From a virus (taxonomy: Duplodnaviria; Caudoviricetes), in IMG/VR virus record IMGVR_UViG_3300020453_000595, positions 1 to 59,107 of that record: 59,107 nt of DNA. One strand, 5' to 3'. Both the position numbers and the translations under genes were made by a program. Shown here piece after piece: positions 54,534 through 59,107 of the stretch. Within the stretch, counting starts at the first letter, position 1. Each line of letters opens with the position of its first letter. Under the pieces are notes generated by a model, which searched no databases, was not told where the DNA came from, and worked only from the letters and a program-made list of their open reading frames with translations.

Positions 54534-54635
54534 GATTTAGATGGGCACATGTTTTGCTCATTCTAAGTCGTGTTTTTTTAGTGCCCCAATTCAACAGTGC
54601 ATTGGGGTTGTTTCACTTCGCTTCTTACTTTTTTC

Positions 54636-54989
54636 ATGGCTGAATTCCGCCTCGGTCCCATCTCCATTCGTTACTACCAAGACGAAACCTTCAACAACAT
54701 CGTTGGTGGCTTCAAGGGTAAGCACGGACTTGAGACTGCTGTCCAAGTCGGTGTCAAATCCCAACACCTGACCTACCTCCAGGGTGACGACAACCCTGAA
54801 GACACCCTCGTCTGCGGCACCTCAGGCAAGACCTACTTCGGCAAGAAAGGCCTCACGCCCGTCAGCGCCAAGCAGGTTTACGCCATCGAGATGGCCAAGC
54901 TCGCCGAGCAAGCGCAGATCGAGGCATCACGCAAGGTGCTGCTGACTCCTGGCGCCCAACAGCAAGGAGCCTTCCCGGTCGCCTGCTGA
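54636..54989 (+). CDS. Early hypothetical protein
   Basis: MAEFRLGP.. after dyad copy 10. Confidence 0.7.
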   Translation: MAEFRLGPISIRYYQDETFNNIVGGFKGKHGLETAVQVGVKSQHLTYLQGDDNPEDTLVCGTSGKTYFGKKGLTPVSAKQVYAIEMAKLAEQAQIEASRKVLLTPGAQQQGAFPVAC

Positions 54990-55074
54990 TCTAACGCGGC
55001 CCCGGTATCAATTTGCATGCCGGGGCTTGCATTTCGCAACCATACCGCCAGGATATGCACGACACAGCACGCGC

Positions 55075-55266
55075 ATGGATGCTCCTCTTCCGGCTTGCAG
55101 CCTCAGTTATCTCCGCAGCGCAGTGGATGAGCTCCATTCGCTGGCCGAGGAAGCCCAAGCCTGGCCCATCACGGTTGACCAAGGCCAAGTCCGCACGATC
55201 ACCGCACTGCTCAATGAAGCAGAGCGCACGCTCGGGCGTTCGGTTCCTCCTCAACCACCCGTATGA
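55075..55266 (+). CDS. Hypothetical protein
   Basis: MDAPLPAC.., helical, 63 aa. Confidence 0.5.
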   Translation: MDAPLPACSLSYLRSAVDELHSLAEEAQAWPITVDQGQVRTITALLNEAERTLGRSVPPQPPV

Positions 55267-55456
55267 AGGCCTTTATTCCCACGTCAATCTCATTGATCGG
55301 CGGACTGGCCTGTCACTTCTGTTTATTTGCAACTCCGTCCATGACACCAACCGACTCGTTAGAGCCGCTCTCACTGGAGAGAAGCTCCCGTATCTGCCAA
55401 CAGCAGTCCTCGATCCGAATCACGTCCCCAAGAACATTCCCGACTCATGGGACTGA
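55214..55456 (+). CDS. Hypothetical protein
   Basis: C-terminal part of track ORF 55013-55456; start uncertain. Confidence 0.45.
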   Translation: MKQSARSGVRFLLNHPYEGLYSHVNLIDRRTGLSLLFICNSVHDTNRLVRAALTGEKLPYLPTAVLDPNHVPKNIPDSWD

Positions 55457-55655
55457 CAAGCCAGTACCCGTCGACTTCGAGACCTTTTGGCATACGCCAA
55501 TGAGGGAACGCGTCCTTAACCGCATGATCGGCATGGGCACCACTGCAGAAACGCTTCGAGCCTTTCTCATGACCAGAGACGAGGACTGGGCTTTCGAACT
55601 ATTCCACTCTCGACGCACGTACAAGTGCTTGAGCCAGTACTTCGATGCGGCCTGA
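55263..55655 (+). CDS. Hypothetical protein (only the C-terminal half is convincing)
   Basis: DFETFWHTPMRERVLNRM.. Confidence 0.4.
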   Translation: MKAFIPTSISLIGGLACHFCLFATPSMTPTDSLEPLSLERSSRICQQQSSIRITSPRTFPTHGTDKPVPVDFETFWHTPMRERVLNRMIGMGTTAETLRAFLMTRDEDWAFELFHSRRTYKCLSQYFDAA

Positions 55656-56055
55656 CTTCTGGCTGGCCCAGGTGCAGACCGACCGGTACTCCCTCACGCC
55701 TTGCTCACCACTGGGCAAGCGGGAGTTCCCGGACATCCAGCTCGGCAGGAAACTCGGCGACTTCCTCATGCTCAGCCATGACGAAAGCCAGTTCCTGCTC
55801 GATGTCTGGGGCCTGCACTTCACGGTCAAGCAACTCGATCACAGATCAAGCGGCAGAACAGGCTCGAATGTCTACCCACCAGTAGTCGACACGAGACCAA
55901 AGCCAAACCTGTTTGCAGCAGACCCCAGTCCTGGGCGTTTGTTCACCAGTCACAGCGTCAAGCAACTCCACATTGCGACGTCCTACCGGTTTGCAAACAG
56001 CAAGCAACGCCGCTTCTCACTCAAAGCACATGCCCACCTGCTCCAACCCTTATGA
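55645..56055 (+). CDS. Hypothetical protein
   Basis: 136 aa; coupled to the next ORF. Confidence 0.6.
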   Translation: MRPDFWLAQVQTDRYSLTPCSPLGKREFPDIQLGRKLGDFLMLSHDESQFLLDVWGLHFTVKQLDHRSSGRTGSNVYPPVVDTRPKPNLFAADPSPGRLFTSHSVKQLHIATSYRFANSKQRRFSLKAHAHLLQPL

Positions 56056-56663
56056 CTATTGAATCCACTGCTCCAACGCAGGCTCGCCACAAGCCAAGAG
56101 CACAGAAAAGATCAGCCAATAAACAACGACTGGCTCAAGTCCAGATCGTTAGTGATCCTGGCCGGTCAATCAAAGACTTTCCAGACAAAGACGGTGACTG
56201 GTGGTTCTTTCGAGTCGAACATCTCAACTCCGGTTGCCAGCAATGGACAATCAACTGCAGAGAATGGCAACGCTCTTGGGTTCTCCAACAGCAAGAGTGC
56301 AATGTGCAGCTCCAAGAAGGCTTTCACTTCAGCCGCATTAAAAGCGCCGTACAAGTTGAGAACGGCTGGGAAACCAGGCACGTCTTGGACGAACAATTCG
56401 CCTTGGACGAGCCCGAGCCCGAGCAAGACCCACCCATGACCTGGGCCAAGCCTGGCAACGAGGTGCCCGTCGTTCAAAACGAGAAACCCAAGGATCCGCC
56501 AAAAGCTCCGCCTGCTGACCCGGAAGTCATGCGTCGCATAGACACCTGGCTTCGAGTTCTTGCCGAGTGCGGCGTGGAACCATCCCACGACCGCATAGCT
56601 GAGACGGCTGCTGGTTTCTGCACGTCAGTCGAGATCAGCAAGGAACGCCGAGGTAACCGATGA
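56052..56663 (+). CDS. Hypothetical protein
   Basis: 203 aa; ATGA coupling on both sides. Confidence 0.7.
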   Translation: MTIESTAPTQARHKPRAQKRSANKQRLAQVQIVSDPGRSIKDFPDKDGDWWFFRVEHLNSGCQQWTINCREWQRSWVLQQQECNVQLQEGFHFSRIKSAVQVENGWETRHVLDEQFALDEPEPEQDPPMTWAKPGNEVPVVQNEKPKDPPKAPPADPEVMRRIDTWLRVLAECGVEPSHDRIAETAAGFCTSVEISKERRGNR

Positions 56664-56908
56664 CCACACGCGTCAGCCGCAAGTTCGAGCAGCTCTGCAA
56701 GAGCTACGACAACTTTCTCCGCATCGAGGCAGGTGGCTCGCATGGTCGAGCCGTCTTCCTCGTGAACGGCAAAGAAGAGTCCGTGCCCGTGCCCTACGGC
56801 AGCAAGGTCAGTGACTGCAGCTACCGGAACATCCGCTCTCGGATCAAGGGCACAGCACTGGGGCGGCCCACCTGTATCCGCAACAAATCAAATGGAACCA
56901 TCTCTTGA
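56660..56908 (+). CDS. HicA-like fold small protein
   Basis: IEAGGSHGRAVF..VPVPYGSKVSD..YRNIRSRIK. Confidence 0.5.
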   Translation: MTTRVSRKFEQLCKSYDNFLRIEAGGSHGRAVFLVNGKEESVPVPYGSKVSDCSYRNIRSRIKGTALGRPTCIRNKSNGTIS

Positions 56909-57031
56909 TCCAGAGGGCTGTCCTGGCACTTCCGAGTGCTGGGAAAACTACCAAGCCCGATACAGAAGAGCCCAGCTTCGCCAAGACAACTGGGAAAACC
57001 TCGAAGACCTCTACACACAGGAAGAAATCGA

Positions 57032-57202
57032 ATGCTCTGGCACAACGTCGAATGCACCGACTCACTCAACAGGAACCAGCACCACCAGCTGCAAGCCAAG
57101 GATGACGACCAGGCACTCAACCAGTTCCTCGACCTCAGGCAGGCTCAGCCTGCGTTGTACGGCGACTGGAAAATTGAGTGCATCACGCTCATCCAGATAT
57201 GA
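57032..57202 (+). CDS. Small hypothetical protein
   Basis: MLWHNVEC..LQAKDDDQAL. Confidence 0.5.
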   Translation: MLWHNVECTDSLNRNQHHQLQAKDDDQALNQFLDLRQAQPALYGDWKIECITLIQI

Positions 57203-57311
57203 AGGGGACGTCAACCAAGCCAAACGGTGTACTTGACGCCCCGATAACAGAGTTCAACCTCACGGATTGCACCTGTACCACTGCACCGCAACCAGGAAAG
57301 ATTGCGAGTGA

Positions 57312-57539
57312 TTACTTGTTCCCGATCAGGTGATCGCTGCAATAAGCCCAAGATCCAGCGCCGCATTGGTTGTAAGCAACTCCCCGATAAACACACTTCG
57401 CGGGATTTGAAATCGGCTCATACGCCAGGGCGACATCGCTCTGGTAATTGATACCCCGATACTTGCACTCTTTGCGCACGCTAAGCGATACCTCCCGCTC
57501 ACCAACTTTCTTGGCGGCAGGGATCCACATCGTGAACAT
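57312..57539 (-). CDS. DUF4278 family protein
   Basis: Two YRG[IV]xY motifs; GGAGG RBS 7 nt upstream of ATG 57539. Confidence 0.75.
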   Translation of the reverse strand: MFTMWIPAAKKVGEREVSLSVRKECKYRGINYQSDVALAYEPISNPAKCVYRGVAYNQCGAGSWAYCSDHLIGNK

Positions 57540-57557
57540 TGGACGTCCTCCAAACAG

Positions 57558-57606
57558 CAACACCCCCGTCGTCTGGTGTTGGTGGTTGCGGTCTTTCGAC
57601 CCGACG
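57558..57606 (-). ncRNA. Glutamine-II (Downstream-peptide) type riboswitch variant
   Basis: Minus strand CGUCG-GGUC GAAA GACC-GCA..CAACACC-AGA-CGACG-GG-GGUGUUG gives P1, P2 and a pseudoknot, directly upstream of DUF4278. Confidence 0.7.
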
Positions 57607-57615
57607 ATTTCCCTA

Positions 57616-57648
57616 ATCCTATCCAAATTAATTGTATCCGTTGTAACA
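57616..57648 (-). promoter_or_regulatory. -10 box (TAGGAT, 57616-57621) and NtcA-like box (TGT-N10-ACA, 57633-57648)
   Basis: TGTATCCGTTGTAACA = GTA-N8-AAC, one mismatch from GTA-N8-TAC, 11 nt from the -10 box. Confidence 0.65.
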
Positions 57649-57664
57649 CTATGACCATCACATC

Positions 57665-57838
57665 ATGGAATTCAAGTTCACGCTCGAACGAACGGAATCC
57701 CCTGGCAAATTCGCTTTCGTCACTGTGGAAGACGCTGTCGACCTTGAGGATGCAGTTAATGCAATCCAGCAAGACTTCCCAGGATTCACAATCGAATCCT
57801 TCAGGAACGTCGACGTCCACGAATCAAGTCAAGCTTGA
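57665..57838 (+). CDS. Small hypothetical protein (57 aa)
   Basis: MEFKFTLERTESPGKFAFVTVEDA..; hand translated. Confidence 0.55.
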   Translation: MEFKFTLERTESPGKFAFVTVEDAVDLEDAVNAIQQDFPGFTIESFRNVDVHESSQA

Positions 57839-58055
57839 TCGCTTTCGGAGAGTCTTCCCCAACAGAGTCGAGAAAGTCAGGGAGGCTTTACGCATCCTCG
57901 GTAACTGCTCCAGCAACAACTACGAGTGGAACGAACGCCAAGTCAAGCAATGCTTTGGCTTGCTCTTCCGCGAGTTCATCCACACTGCCGCGCTCTTCGG
58001 CATCACCGTCACCGCCCAGATCAACGGCACTGAAATCCGCACTATTGACTCATGA
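57759..58055 (+). CDS. Conserved helical phage protein (start uncertain)
   Basis: KLDRFRRVFPNRVEKV..ILGNCSSNNYEW motif. Confidence 0.6.
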   Translation: MQSSKTSQDSQSNPSGTSTSTNQVKLDRFRRVFPNRVEKVREALRILGNCSSNNYEWNERQVKQCFGLLFREFIHTAALFGITVTAQINGTEIRTIDS

Positions 58056-58224
58056 AGCGCAACAACAACGGTGGTAACGCCAGCAATGAACTGATGATCG
58101 CCGCCGGTCAGCAGTCGTTACTTGGCAAGCGACAGAACAACTCACGTCAGATCAAACGTGAGCGCGAGCAACAAGAACGTCGCTCCAACCGGACAAAGAC
58201 AACTCAAGACAAGCGAGGTTTCGC

Positions 58225-58407
58225 ATGAACCAAAATCCCTTCAACAAATACGGTCTTGCTTCTGCCACGCAATGGCAAGCCCTACGGGAACGCTTGTCGG
58301 AACCAAATGAGCAAGAGCAAGAAGAACAAGAGTATCTCGCTGAACTGATCGAGATTGAAATGGATCCAGAAGATCGACGACCCAAATCACGGAGACCTAC
58401 TAAATGA
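58225..58407 (+). CDS. Hypothetical protein
   Basis: 60 aa; ATGA coupling to the next gene. Confidence 0.55.
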   Translation: MNQNPFNKYGLASATQWQALRERLSEPNEQEQEEQEYLAELIEIEMDPEDRRPKSRRPTK

Positions 58408-59107
58408 CATTCCCCGAAGAAGTGAATGCAGGAGCTCTCGTCTTCTGTAATCACTCCGGCGGCAAGGACAGTCAAGCGATGTATTTGCACCTCAGAGAGG
58501 TTGTTCCTACCGACCAGCTCATCATCATCCACGCAGACCTCGGCGAACTCGTCGAGTGGGGTGGAGTTAAGGACCACATCCGCGCCAACATCGATGGCCG
58601 CAAGCTCGAGATTGCCCATGCCTACTACAGGGATGGCAGCAACAAAGACTTGCTTGGCTACGTTCGCAAGCGTGGTATGTGGCCCAGCAACTCCAGCCGC
58701 TTCTGCACCAGTGACCTCAAGCGAGATCCCATCTCACGAGAGATCCGCCGGATCATGAAAGAACGCGGAGCTACCCGTGCCATCAATTGCATGGGACTCC
58801 GCGCCGAAGAGTCAGCCAACCGAGCCAAGGCCCTGCCCTGGAAACTCAATAGCAGGCTGACCAATAGCAAACGCACAGTTCATGACTGCAACCCGATCCT
58901 TCAGATGAAGGAGCACGAGGTTTACGCCGCAGTCGCTGCAGCTGGGCAAGAAGTTCACTGGGCCTACAAGGCAGGAATGAACAGACTCTCCTGTTCGTTC
59001 TGTGTCTTGGCAGGCAAAGACGACTTACGCACAGCAGCAAAACTCAGGCCCGATTTGCTTCAGACCTACCTGGACCTGGAGCAAGAGATCGGCCACACCT
59101 TCCAAAA
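58404..59107 (+). CDS. PAPS reductase family protein, runs off the right window edge
   Basis: Hand translation: NHSGGKDSQAM..IHADLG..RFCTSDLKRDPI..MGLRAEES..R..PILQ..RLSCSFC. Confidence 0.88.
   Translation, partial: MTFPEEVNAGALVFCNHSGGKDSQAMYLHLREVVPTDQLIIIHADLGELVEWGGVKDHIRANIDGRKLEIAHAYYRDGSNKDLLGYVRKRGMWPSNSSRFCTSDLKRDPISREIRRIMKERGATRAINCMGLRAEESANRAKALPWKLNSRLTNSKRTVHDCNPILQMKEHEVYAAVAAAGQEVHWAYKAGMNRLSCSFCVLAGKDDLRTAAKLRPDLLQTYLDLEQEIGHTFQ

Larger units (their letters stand above)
49907..54601 (+). promoter_or_regulatory. Ten copies of a 20-bp dyad TGYMYN-N4-CAAC-RGTGCA, each upstream of an early ORF
   Basis: Copies start at 49907, 50200, 50658, 51055, 51329, 51966, 52368 (degenerate), 52602, 52897 (5 bp shorter) and 54582. 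Confidence 0.85.

Noticed and set aside
49907-54601. Early repeats as a CRISPR array
   Set aside because: The repeats are degenerate, spacing is variable at hundreds of bp, the intervals are ORFs with terminators, and no cas genes are present.

Overview
This window is most of a temperate cyanophage genome, probably infecting Synechococcus-type picocyanobacteria. No host housekeeping genes are visible. From left to right it holds: (1) a lytic transglycosylase-like gene, an NblA-like gene and an HNH gene; (2) a lysogeny module with a small outer-membrane beta-barrel, an excisionase-like HTH, a tyrosine integrase, an attP-like repeat region and tRNA-Ala(GGC); (3) small conserved cyanophage genes and petF; (4) four paralogous glycine-rich adhesin genes and other tail genes; (5) an N4-gp56-like major capsid, two tandem LAGLIDADG-like genes, a candidate structured RNA and CP12; (6) a two-domain endolysin, scaffold, portal and terminase; (7) putative internal virion proteins; (8) a non-coding strand-switch region rich in GNA mini-hairpins; and (9) a + strand early region built as an array of [terminator]-[20-bp TGC..CAAC.GTGCA dyad]-[small ORF] cassettes. 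Near the right end is an NtcA box / glutamine-II-type riboswitch / DUF4278 module and a second PAPS-reductase-family gene. The most notable signals are the cassette array, the riboswitch module, the extended NblA overlapping the HNH gene, and an R-[MLFY]-A-G motif shared by many late proteins. All family assignments come from motif recognition by eye; no database search was run.
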